Positions 1 through 64,000 of a stretch of 64,000 nucleotides of DNA are shown here, one piece after another. The notes under the pieces were generated by a model. The model saw only the letters and a list, made by a program, of their open reading frames with translations. It searched no databases and was not told the origin of the DNA. The stretch covers positions 12,669,947-12,733,946 of the forward strand of contig NC_134030.1 in assembly GCF_964204645.1 (NCBI RefSeq), in the 5' to 3' direction. The position numbers were made by a program, and so were the translations under genes. The stretch's first letter is position 1. Each line of letters opens with the position of its first letter. The DNA is from Tubulanus polymorphus. Taxonomy: Eukaryota; Animalia; Nemertea.

Positions 1-700
1 AGCGCCGGAAATTTCGAATCGTAGGGCAACGAAGCATTCTTTAAACGACCCTTGCACTGTATGACATGGTTCTTATCAAGAAATAATTGTAGTTGCTTCA
101 CTACTAAGGGTAGACGCTTATGGATTCCCTAGACAAAGATTTGATAACGTCTTAATAATATATACTCTGATAATGTTGAATCCACTTACGTTGAGCTTCG
201 CTGATTTCAGAAGCTCCAATTGGCTTGAAATTACGTTGACCAATCGAACACTTAAAATTCTTGATGAATCTACATACTAGAGCCGTAATTCATAGGAGAT
301 GACTCAATGAAGAGAAACTGTCAATATCAATTAATATTTCCGATTGAACTATCATTTTCTGGCCACATGTTGTTGATCGCAGTAAGGACAGGTTGTTCGC
401 CAGGCCACACCGATGAAATTGCCTGTTGTTGAACTGCCTGGTGCTGATGTTTTCGATGGTACGTTTCTGACGTGTTCTCTCCAGTATTATCAAGATTTTG
501 TGTGAATGATTTCAGGAATTTTTTTGACTCGAAACAGTCACCCTGTCCTGAGGTGCCTAGCTTTTCGAGAATACTATAATAACATTATGGCAACTCTCTT
601 AAGCTGGTATGATGAACAGTGCACAAGATTCTGTGTCGACACCGAGGTGTGACAGCGAACGTCCATTCGTTTCATGAATTGTGATAACGCATAATGGTTC
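1..700 (-). mobile_element. Degenerate BEL/Pao LTR-retrotransposon fragment (runs off the window start)
   Basis: Minus-strand translation IDIDSFSSLSHLL*ITALVCRFI...EISEAQRKWIQHYQ...LQLFLDKNHVIQCKGRLKNASLPYDSKFPA is the typical BEL RNaseH-integrase linker; a Gag-like HHTSL lies near 600-630; stops and frameshifts present. Confidence 0.75.
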
Positions 701-1968
701 AAGGTTGTTGGTGGTAGATCGTAGATATCCTGAAAGTGGGCCCATATGATACGTCGTAAATATAGGCCTACGGGATATCGACAAATTCAAATTCTTGATT
801 TACTCGTTTGATGGCGCTAGTCAGAACCGGAAATTGGAACCTAAATCCACCATGTTTTAGTTCATTTGCAATGAAAATCTCTCGCTTCACGTTTTCAATG
901 AGCGATATTCTACTTACTATATATCGTCACGCGTAATCCTTTCAATATGATCATAAAACTTTGAAACGTATCTCACTAGCGCGTGTACGAATCTATTTTT
1001 TCAAGTGGCCTTCAAATGAAAGTTATTATTTAAGTAACTTAATGTATCATGAATAATCATTACAGCTATTATAGCAGAAGATGAGCACTGTGTTTTCTGT
1101 TCGTAGAATTTGTGATAAAATATTGCGGATTAATATTTCTTGTGAACTGAAATTACTAATTATAACAAACTATACCTGCTCGATGTATTCAATATTCTAG
1201 TGCTAAAATCGGGGGTAGAAAACTTCAGTTATACGCTGGTTTTTATGGTAAGTTAATGTCCATGGCTACATCAGAAGAGGTTGCGAAGACCACCTCAGCC
1301 ACCCTCTGATCGGTAATACGAGAAATTTTTTTTTCCAAATAAGTTTTTTCCCTACCTACCTACCCTACCAAATTTTTGACATGAACCGTAAAGAAAGGTA
1401 TATTTTTGGCCTTCTTTGACTACAAAATAATTCTTTTAAAAAGATAGGATACAATATAAGAATTTTCTTAACTTAAACTTATTTAAATCAAAAAGATTTC
1501 TTGGCAAACAAGCCTCAGCTCAGAAGATAAACCACTTTACCCACGGGGCAATTTAGAAAAACCTTTCGGATGTACGTACCTTATGCTCGGCCCCTTACCT
1601 GTCTTATCTTGCCCTTTATGGTTTGCTTATTATTCCTGGGGATTCTAGGTATTGCCACATTCTAGTTATGTATCCATGTCTGAGGGGTCAGGTCCAGGCA
1701 GCCGATTGATACTTGCAATTTTAGGCAATATGGAACTACATGTACATTTAAACCATGAAGTCCAAATTTGTATCGGATAACTGTAACTGTTTTTATGGTT
1801 CAGCACCTCTTTATCATATGAATTTTGACTGTGAGAACTATTATGTAGTAGTAATAGTACTAAATTTGTGAAGGTTATATTCAATATTCACTTAGCTATA
1901 TGAACAAAAATTAAAGCACTTGAATAACTGTACCAAATATTCATCTGCAAATTGAGAGGTTGCAACTA

Positions 1969-3372
1969 CAGTCAACCTCGGTTAATCCGTCTCCAACCGT
2001 ATAAGTGCTTATTCCGTATGAATAAATTGGTCCCGTTTTTTAGTAACGTTATTCCTTTTAAAATTCTGTGTCTACGGTACTTCGTACTCCATAATCCATA
2101 TTTTCACTTATTCCGTAGACAAATGCCCGGTCTCGTTGCCCAATTTATATGTAAATCCTTATGTGTAATCCGTATCAGCTGTCAGTAACATACAATTGAA
2201 GTGAAAAAAGTATAAACATCTGTAATCTTATGAGGATAAAGGAGAACTGCAGTGAAAAAATTCGTATGTGCTAAAAACTTTTATAAATACATTTTCAAAA
2301 CAGCAGAAAACATTTTATCTAATACTTTATCCAAAACGAGGGTTTTGTAGTGCCTGGCTGCCGCCATTTTCTCCACGTAGCAGATGCTTTTCTCTCGGCT
2401 GTGACGTAGTTCGGCCCACTTCGATACATGTTACTGCTGCTATTCATAGTGTTTTCATCACTTGTCCAATAACAGTTCTAAACTGCAACATAATGCCACA
2501 TTAAAGATAATTTGGATATGTTTCACACAGAGATTGGATAAATAGAAGTAGACCCCACTGGCAGCCCAGCAGGAGTATTTTAATTGTAATTTTCAACTGA
2601 GATCTTCAATGAGTATCTATCTGTGTTCACACTGGAGTGTGTGATGGGCCGGGAGACGTCATCATTGTTAACATGCCTCACTTTGGAATTTAAAAATGGC
2701 GGCTCTCATCTGCCATAAATTCTGCTGATAACAGTATAATCATTGTATACAAGTTAATTAGGAAGAATTGGAAATTTCAACTAGCATAATGCTAAACAAC
2801 AACAAGAGTAGAAATGAATGGCCAATTATAGTTTTTTGACTGCAGTTCCCCTTTAATGTGGTCAGTAAATATGAGAAAACACTGAAGTTAATCCATCAAT
2901 GTCATAAGTCTCAAGCTTCACTAAATATTCATTATAGATGCTATTATCTCCCAATCAGCTAAAGTCCCTTGATGAATCTCCCTCAAGTACATGGCCTGTG
3001 AGTGATCTGTACTAGACACACAATGGCTTCAAATAGTCCTACTCTACTGAAACCAGTTGGTTTGTGTTTCATCACACCAGGGAGTGTTTTCTTTTCATGA
3101 TACCAAATGGATCTAATGAACCATCGGATAATATGAACTTTTTATTCCCTGCTATCCCCCCAACAGTAAGTTAGGACGTAGTTCGACTGTATTAGTCGTC
3201 GACGGTTAGTGAGATAACTTAACCAGCAATTATACGGATTGTGCACTTAAATCATTGTTTATACGGATAACAGTTAATTCGTATTAATTACGAATTATCT
3301 GTTATCCGTACATCACTTAATCCCTACTAAAAAGCTCAGTCCCTAGTGATACGGATTAACCGAGGTTGACTG
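1969..3372. mobile_element. Non-autonomous Tc1/mariner (pogo-like) element
   Basis: Perfect 22-bp TIR CAGTCAACCTCGGTTAATCCGT with TA TSD. Confidence 0.85.
2240..2852. mobile_element. Kolobok-like MITE nested in the Tc1 element; partial inverted copy at ~31527-31740
   Basis: TIR AGGRGAACTGCAGT, flanks ATAA/TTAA; 31527-31740 matches the reverse complement of 2641-2852. Confidence 0.65.
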
Positions 3373-5063
3373 TACTAATGATGTACCTCGTTCTTAGATT
3401 AAGGGTGAAGACGATAATTCCTCCACCAAAACCTTTTTCAAAATATTTTAATGTTTTCTTTCTTTGATAACACAACGTGTCAAAAATGAAAGCAGAACTG
3501 TGATATGAAATTATTTGTGTAAATTTGACCATTAGTTGCAGATAAGCAGATGTAATTATTGTTACTGAATTTTTTTACAAATGGACAATGTACATTATTG
3601 TGTTACATATTTATACATGTATTCTACAAAAGATCGAAAGAAATAAAAAAAACAAATAATCGTAAATGATGTCTCCTCTCATCCTTAAAGATGGATTTCT
3701 CATTATACATGAACAAGAGGACATGGAGGGTAAGAGCAAGACACAAGGACATTGTATGTCAGGAATCCTTGTCTGACAATTTTTTTCTGACCAATTTTGT
3801 CAGGTCCGTCCAAATAAGACTAGGTTTGCAAGGACGACTTGGGGTTGGACTATTTCAGATGACTCAGGATCATGTTATTTGTCAATTGGTATAATGGAAA
3901 TTTTCATTTTCTAAGGTTATGAATGGCGGATGTTTCAACTGAGAACCTTTGCCGTCATTGCATTTTAAAGGTCCGTAGGAAGAGTGTGGAATAAGAGAAT
4001 GGAATTTTTACCACAGGAACGAAGAGAGACTAATCGGTACAGAAACAGAGTTTGTTTTTAAAGAGCAAATTGGAGAACAGTTCTGAGGATTTAACTCTTT
4101 GTTAAATCTAAGGAATAGAAACCAACTGAAAAAAAACTGAAATTTTACTTGCCCCCTCAAATATCTACTTGCCCTACACAAGCAGTCCAACTGTTGTATC
4201 GATTGGGAAATGGCTTTGAGATATGTAAACACACTAGCCTAGGGGACAAGTGATAATGATAACCTACTTGCCCTAATGATAATATACTTGTCCCCGGCAA
4301 TCGGACAAGTGCTTAGAATGGACCCTGGCAAGTATTGAAACGAAATACAAGTGGATGAGACCATAGGAATAAGCGCTTGATGAGACTGAAGAGTAGTCTG
4401 ACGACACGTGAAGTTTGAATTAGGAAATTCCGGTAGCAGCTGAAACAATGATTAGGTACCGGCACATGATCCCAAGCCATCTGAAATAGTCGAACCCTCG
4501 TGTAGCAAATCAAAATATAAGTCCAAACTAATGAGGTAACACATGATATACTGGTATATTTATTTTCATTTGAATGTTTGCAAAGATTTTGCGAACAAAA
4601 GATTCCATCTTTCTTTACAATCTTCCCTTTTTTACCAGACAAGTAGCTTTGAAGCAATCGTCAATCGGAGAAATAAAGCCAAACAAACTTATAACATGAT
4701 ACCTTTCAGAATCTACTTTGTATTTAAATAGCACACAGATACAACTAGATGAACAAGCATTTAATGCAGGTTATACATACTGCATTTACAAAATCATCAA
4801 GTTATTACACCAGAGAAATATTCAGCAATTAACTAAGACACCTAAGCTAATGAGCATTCAGTAAGTACCCATGCAAAAACTGCGCGGATTCAGAGTCGTA
4901 GTTTGTGTATGTGTCATAATGCGCTATTATGAAATAGAGAATCCCACAATGATAACAAAAGACAAGGTCCATCACAACACGGATATAGTGTTTTATCAAT
5001 GGTGAACACTATTATAAATATTCAGATGAACTTTAAGTGTTACTGAATGCTTACCTTTATATA

Positions 5064-5389
5064 CAGGCGGGGATCTAGGGAGGGGGCCCCTCCTTTAAGT
5101 GAAGATCGTTTTTTTTTTACCGACCTCCCACCACTCGCTTAATATTAACGCCGCAGCAGAAAAGAGGAAAGTATTTGTCATGAATTCTTGCCTCAGAATG
5201 CAGGAAATGGCCCCAAAACGGTGTTAAATTTCAAAAATTTTCTGGGGGAGACCCGCCGCAGTGGCTTCGCGCCTGTGGCGCGAAGCGTAGGAACGTCCTG
5301 CCCCTACGCCGCTCGGTGTCAATACAGTATCTTCATAGCTGCATTTATTAGGTGCCCCCCCCCTAAATTGGGCTCTAGATCCGCCCCTG
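5064..5389. mobile_element. GC-rich MITE (hAT-like CAGG ends)
   Basis: CAGGCGGGGATCTAG ... CTAGATCCGCCCCTG imperfect TIR; no clear TSD. Confidence 0.55.
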
Positions 5390-5511
5390 AACTACCGTAC
5401 TAGGAAATGCAAACACACCAAAACATTGTAAAATAAACTGCGAGACCTTCATACCTCTGACAGTAAACTTTTAACTTCTTGTTCCTAGCTACAGCTTGTG
5501 TATGTACTTAA

Positions 5512-5976
5512 CCCATTAGCACTCAGGAATTGCATGCACTCTGTAGTGTCAATTGCTCCTCAGAAAATTCAAGGTAAAATCTAAGTTCATCACGATACCG
5601 AATAGCTCATTTGCTGTTTATTTCCATGCATTACAAGTATGGTTTATTTTGTAGTAAATAGTCAAGGCTTTCATATGATGTATGATTTGATGAGGTGGAC
5701 CACCAAAATCGTGTCCTTTCGCCCCCCGAAATTCATCCAAACTTACTTGGATTTGAAGTGAGCGCTCAGATGTGTAATGTTCACACTCGAAATATTCGAG
5801 AAATTGAAATAGGAGGATGTTGATTTGTGTTTGGTATTTTGAGGTGTTTAGTTTATTATAAGCTATTGGGTTCGAATCCCACTATTCGTGCAGCATACCA
5901 AAAAAGTGCTGGGCAGATTCAGGCGGCTTGAGGAGTAATAGGCAGGGCGGATATGGGTGGCTTGAGTGCTAATGGG
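5512..5976. mobile_element. piggyBac-like MITE
   Basis: TTAA|CCCATTAGCACTCA ... TGAGTGCTAATGGG|TAAA. Confidence 0.65.
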
Positions 5977-7420
5977 TAAATAAATGCTGCCTAGTGTCTT
6001 GAACTCCTATTACACTAAAAAATGTGGCAAAGATAGTGCCTTAAGATCCTGTAATGCTCCTGAGCAAGCTGCAACGCTCAATAAATGTACTTAGCATGTA
6101 ATTTACATACATAACTCAATCATTACTTAATTTGTAATGGATCAGATATTAATAAGCTGTACAGGTAATAAGCCTAAAAACCCTTGAAAGCTCACGCATG
6201 TTAATCTTACAATATGTACAGATCAGTGAAATTAATTCAGCTCATGAATAATCTGAACACTCATGAGTAGGAAGGAGTGTATCGGGAGTTAATCCAATAA
6301 TTCAATGCTCAGTTGATCCGAATCTGGGTGAAAAGTATTAGACGGGTCATCTCTATTATATTACCCAGGAAATTATTGGACATCATTCTTAGATACCTTA
6401 GGAAGTGTTCGTAAAGTTTGTACAAAAAGTGTAAAGGGGGTATCGATCTAAATTATCCTCACTTTATGTACAAGAATATCGATGGTGTATATCATCTAAC
6501 TGAAACAATGGTTACCATAATCCTTATTACAGCCAACTGGTTAATCAGGTCAAAGCCTGTGTGTATATTGTTAAGATTATCGTTTGAATCCTTGAAGTGT
6601 TCCATTATATCGTGATATGAACGTAATCAAGACTAAGCTATGCTAGCCATACCCCTTGGCTGAAGTATGAAGGCTTAACATATTTGAGACAATCCAATTG
6701 AAGGCTTAAGAGGAACAAGGTTCAAAATACCTATTCCACACACAAATATTCCTGTGGAGGCTATCATTTATGACCTGTATAGGTCAGAACAATAGCCACC
6801 ATTCTCCCCCTCCATAATGTCTATATAACGCAAATATGACTGCAGCTGTTTTAGGTTAAAACCAATTGCTTAAAACAGTACACTGTATAGCTGGAACAAC
6901 CTCTCCCTGAATGCCCAGAACAATGGATGAAAGACAATAACAATATCCGCCGAAGAGTACAAAAATGTTTTGTTTTCATTGAAATTCTCATTTTATAGTA
7001 CTAATTTCTATCCATAAATCAGATTTTGAGTTTGCTGGAAATACCAGATGTGCCTTATGAATTTTTACTTCTCTACGTGTGAATCTATCACACAGCATAG
7101 TAAAAAAACAGTTAACGATAATCTAGGTACATAAGAAGGGCTACAAAAGTTGTTTAACCATATCCATAGGCCTTTAGGGGGCGGAGGGTCAATTTGGTTT
7201 TTTTTCCATATGTAGTTTATGAATGCCCCTTAATAAAACTAGAATAAACATGAAAGCCTTGCCACCATCTTTCAAAGCATGAAGTTACCCCGCCTGCCAC
7301 AAGTGATATTTTTATACCGATGCCTACATGTAGACATCAAGGGCCCTTTGTTGCAGGATCTCCCAAAGAAACAGAACAAAATATCTGGACACATTTGACA
7401 TAACTTATTTGATTACATAT

Positions 7421-60121
<52,701 letters not shown>

Positions 60122-60810
60122 TGTGACGGTATTTTGTTTTCAGGCCCAGTCTAAAATCAATTATCGAGAGCGCTAACCACAACCCGGAAATGTTAATGAG
60201 TGTCACCGAGGCGGGGGTTAAATCTCACACTTCACCGTACGGTTTTCCCGACAATTCAATTCAATTCAAAATGTATTGCTTCCTTCTTTTTTCCAGAAAC
60301 CTTCAAATTCCTGCTGCGAAGGATGATTTTAAGCTCGTTTAGGGTTAAATTTGAGTATTTGTCGTATTCCATAGTCGTGATAGTCGAAAAACCGCGTTAA
60401 TCAACATACATCCATTCAGGTGATCCTGTCTGACTATTCTGAGCGCCATCTACTAGTGATACTGACTTGCCACAGTCGATCGTAGAGTCCTCATTACCAC
60501 AATGTGGGCGGGTGGAAACGCGGCCGCGACCCGCGAACGGGGCGGAAACGCCGATTTGTTTTAAAAAGTTGCTAGGTGACGCTGGCCGTAGTAACAGGGT
60601 AAAAAATCAGCTCCGCGGATTTTCACAGTTTTTTGGATACTAACACATTTTTCCAGTCAGCTTTTTAGTAATATACTAACACATTTCTTTTTGTGAGAGT
60701 GTGTGGAAAAGTCTCTGAGTGTGACTGGGTGTTAAACAGCAAGTTTTTGTGGCTTCCTGCCAACTAGCTTCCTGGAAAGAGAACAGCTGATCTAAGCAAC
60801 ATGGCCGACA

Positions 60811-62469
60811 ATGGATTCTATGGAAACTAGAATTCCTGGAAGACGATTAAGCTTGTTTGAAGAGTTGGTTGAAACAGAAATACGAGAAAATACCCCTCCT
60901 CATCCATCAGTGAGCTCTACGTGTAATTTAGAATTAAGGAAACGCACAAGCGAAGTGAGTTCAAATCTTATTCCTTCCCGAAGTCGTCGAAACGTGAGTA
61001 AAGAGTTTCAAGCAAATCGAAAGAATTTTATTGTCGGGCGGGAACCCGAAATCAACAACGAAGACATGGCTAGTAGAGGGAATGAAAGTATGAACCCCCT
61101 TACCCACTGGGCTGAGTCAGATTCTGAGGATGAGATAGGGTCCTGGGGAAAAACGGGGGGTAGATTTGAGCAATCTACAACAACAACTACGGATCAACAC
61201 CAAGTAAGTCCGAATAGCCGTACAATAAGCCAAGAAACTGCACCTAAAGGTAAACGGTTTTTTGTGCATGTCGAGAAGCGACCAGAATCTAAGTCAGACA
61301 GTGTCAGGAAATCTTTGTCTGACATCATAGCTGAAGCTGCACTAAGCGCAGGTATTTTAGAAACTGTAAATACCCGCGATGATGCACAGGAGAAAAATAA
61401 AAGAAAAAGGGAAGACCATAAAGCAGATGATGAGCTAAGTCAAGCCACGTCTAGACCCAGACTAATTTCACCAGTTAAAAAAGCCAACACCACTCCTGAT
61501 ACTGAATTTACTGAAGACAATTATTGTTCAATATGTCAGAAGCCTATTGTATTCTCAAGTTCACTAACATGTACTTTCTGTGAAAAAAGTTTGTGCTCTA
61601 GTTGCTCAAATTTACCAAGCGGTTATGACGTTGATTTAACAAACATGGATGACTGCTGCTTAGCAGTAATTTGCCGTGAATGTAAAGGAAGAAAAACTGA
61701 TGAAGGACGACTCACTAGATACGCAGATAGGATGGAAAAGATCCTGAAGAACTACGATGAATCAATGGAAAGAATACTGAACAAACTGGAAGAAAAAGCG
61801 GACAAATCAACTGTCACTTCTTTGTCATCAGACGTAACACAATTGAGAGACAGAATTGAGCAACTTAATCACAATCTCCCGGACGACAGAGTTCATGAGA
61901 TGATCAATAAAGCTGTAAACTTGCAGATTACACAAGGAAACTTGGAGGTAAACGAGACTGTAAAATCAGCAATAGACAAAGAAATCCAAGATGTTCGATG
62001 TGAAATTTGGGAGACGGAAATCAGACGAAATAATATACTGATATATGGCTTACAGGAAGCAAGCGAGGAACAGGTGAAATTAAGGCGTAAAAAAGAGTGG
62101 CAAAATCTCTATGGATTTATCACCCAGGGCTTAGGTTTAACAGATCTTCATAAACCTAAATTAGTGAACCGTGTAGGACGGTATGAGCAAAATAAATGTC
62201 GCCCACTTCGGGTAATACTAGCTACAGAACTCGATAAAGAATTGATCATAAACAGATTTATCGAATTAAGGAGAAATGGAGATCCATCTATTACAGGGGT
62301 ATCTGTATCCAGCGATAGAACTATGAACCAAAGAAAACACTATCAGAAATTAAGGGAAGAGCTGCAGGAAAGAACAAAAAATGGAGAACGAGGTCTTATC
62401 ATTCGTGGGAATGATATAGTCAGTAGATTACCGCCGGCATTTCGTCAAGCAAACCAAAACCAACCATAA
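60811..62469 (+). CDS. CR1-type LINE ORF1 (PHD-like finger, coiled coil, RRM)
   Basis: CSIC..CTFC..CSSC..CREC; heptad region; RRNNILIYGLQE..RVGR..RPLRV; 552 aa open. Confidence 0.88.
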   Translation: MDSMETRIPGRRLSLFEELVETEIRENTPPHPSVSSTCNLELRKRTSEVSSNLIPSRSRRNVSKEFQANRKNFIVGREPEINNEDMASRGNESMNPLTHWAESDSEDEIGSWGKTGGRFEQSTTTTTDQHQVSPNSRTISQETAPKGKRFFVHVEKRPESKSDSVRKSLSDIIAEAALSAGILETVNTRDDAQEKNKRKREDHKADDELSQATSRPRLISPVKKANTTPDTEFTEDNYCSICQKPIVFSSSLTCTFCEKSLCSSCSNLPSGYDVDLTNMDDCCLAVICRECKGRKTDEGRLTRYADRMEKILKNYDESMERILNKLEEKADKSTVTSLSSDVTQLRDRIEQLNHNLPDDRVHEMINKAVNLQITQGNLEVNETVKSAIDKEIQDVRCEIWETEIRRNNILIYGLQEASEEQVKLRRKKEWQNLYGFITQGLGLTDLHKPKLVNRVGRYEQNKCRPLRVILATELDKELIINRFIELRRNGDPSITGVSVSSDRTMNQRKHYQKLREELQERTKNGERGLIIRGNDIVSRLPPAFRQANQNQP

Positions 62470-62737
62470 GGACAATCAACCAGACAAATCACTGTCAAAA
62501 AAATTTTTAAGAAAAAATGATCAAAATCTGAAAAGTAACCAATCAATGTTAAAAAGTAATTGCAAATCGAATCAACAAAAACCAGGAAATTATGATAGGA
62601 GCCAATCATCAACTGAAATTACGAGAAAGAATCACGAAAGATCCAAATTACATAAGAATTAACAAAATAGATCAGCGAAAAAGAAATTATTAGTACCAAA
62701 ACAATCACTCGATAATAATCGCAATAATCAACTGTCA

Positions 62738-63338
62738 ATGAATGTTGCATCTAGCAGACCGACACATAACCCTGCAGATGACAGTATATTATATGAAAAT
62801 GAAGATAATCAAAAAGAATCACCAAAGAATGAAGGATACAATAAAAACTCAAACAACTGTTATTACAGAAACCAAGAGAAAAATATTAAAGTTCTATATA
62901 CTAATGCTGATAGCATGATGAATAAAAAACCTGAGTTGAGTGCCCTAAAGATCGAACACGATCCAGACATTATATGCATCACTGAAGCTAAACCGAAATA
63001 TAGTACCTTAGCATATAACCCCAGTGATGTTATGTTCAATGGTTGTGAAGAATATGAAACATTTACCAATATAGAGGAAGATGGAAGAGGAATCGCCGTT
63101 TTCATCCGATCTACTATGAAACCATGTAAACCGCCCGTGCGAGTTCTAGAGAGACTGAAGGCATCAATGACTAATGAAATAATTTGGGTAGAAATTCATC
63201 ATACTTCTAACAAACGGCCTTTGCTCCTGGGATGCGCCTATCGAAGCCCAAACAGCAGTCTGGTGAATATCAACCATTTCAGAGATATGATTATATCTTT
63301 AGGAACCTTAAAGGAATATCAAACTGTACTATGTGGTG
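62738..63338 (+). pseudogene. CR1-type LINE ORF2 endonuclease, interrupted at the GDFN motif by an insertion
   Basis: VLYTNADSMMNK, PDIICITE, GRGIAVF, YRSPNS, VLCG|. Confidence 0.88.
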
Positions 63339-64000
63339 AGTAATAGGGATAATGGGCTTTCAGGCCAAAGGTCGAACGGTCGAGCTCGTAAAAATGAAAA
63401 AACATAAAAATAATTACAATTTCTACTTGAATTAGGAGTGAAACTCATAAAAATGAAAAATAAATTCTCACACGCTCGAATTTATTTTTCATTTTTATGA
63501 GTTTCACTCCTAATTCAAGTAGAAATTGTAATTATTTTTATGTTTTTTCATTTTTTCTCACCCGCCCGTTCAATCTTTAGCCTGATAGCCCATTATCCCT
63601 ATTACTCTTAAAATATTCATATATATATGAATAACATTTAAATCATTGAACTTCTAAAATCAATTTTAATAAAAAATATAGTATTAAAATCGAAGCAAAT
63701 AAGTACTATTGCCCAACATGTAATATCGATATAGATAAGTCTCAAAAAGCAATACACAATAAAACTAGAACACATTTGTTTTTAGTCCAGTTGGTTAAAG
63801 CAAAAACATTTATCGAATTAAGGAACTCAACACATAGTGAAAAATACGTTGAATCGTTATAAACACCCGATAATACTCAGCTATATAATTGGTTGTATTA
63901 GCTCTAGTAAACATATGTTACCAGCTTATATTTCAATTGTAAAGAGTTAATTAATTTCATTAATCTAAATGCTTTTATTATTGATTTTTTTCAACTTCAA
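63339..64000 (+). mobile_element. Second member of the foldback family; begins with a ~270-bp hairpin and runs off the window
   Basis: AGTAATAGGGATAATGGGCTTTCAGGCCAAAGGTCGAACGGTCGAGCTC is shared with 34038/39549; palindrome 63338-63607. Confidence 0.85.

Noticed and set aside
5868-5882. tRNA genes at B-box-like GGTTCGAATCCC (also GGTTCAAATCCC at ~8878)
   Set aside because: No cloverleaf or A-box could be built; at most SINE remnants.

Overview
AT-rich eukaryotic (invertebrate animal, by inference) genomic DNA. One host gene spans most of the window: a cytoplasmic dynein-1 intermediate chain gene on the minus strand. I reconstructed 16 GT-AG exons from 60121 down to 7421 (668 aa with all exons), including a 21-nt microexon and a 72-nt cassette exon. 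The introns and flanks are full of mobile DNA: a full-length but mutated DIRS1-type tyrosine-recombinase retrotransposon (16018-22139) with ITRs and ICR; a decayed L2-type LINE interrupted by two insertions; a CR1-type LINE with an intact PHD-type ORF1 lying head-to-head with the gene; a BEL/Pao remnant; Helentron/HINE-like repeats; and many MITEs. The most unusual object is a 5.5-kb, extremely AT-rich foldback element (34038-39551). It has ~2-kb inverted arms, 24-bp tandem arrays, internal hairpins and three small intronless virus-like ORFs (two zinc fingers, TM segments, LC8-type motifs), but no transposase. A relative with the same terminus, a full 270-bp hairpin and a different zinc-finger cargo starts at ~63339. 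Family assignments come from motif recognition by eye; no database searches were run.
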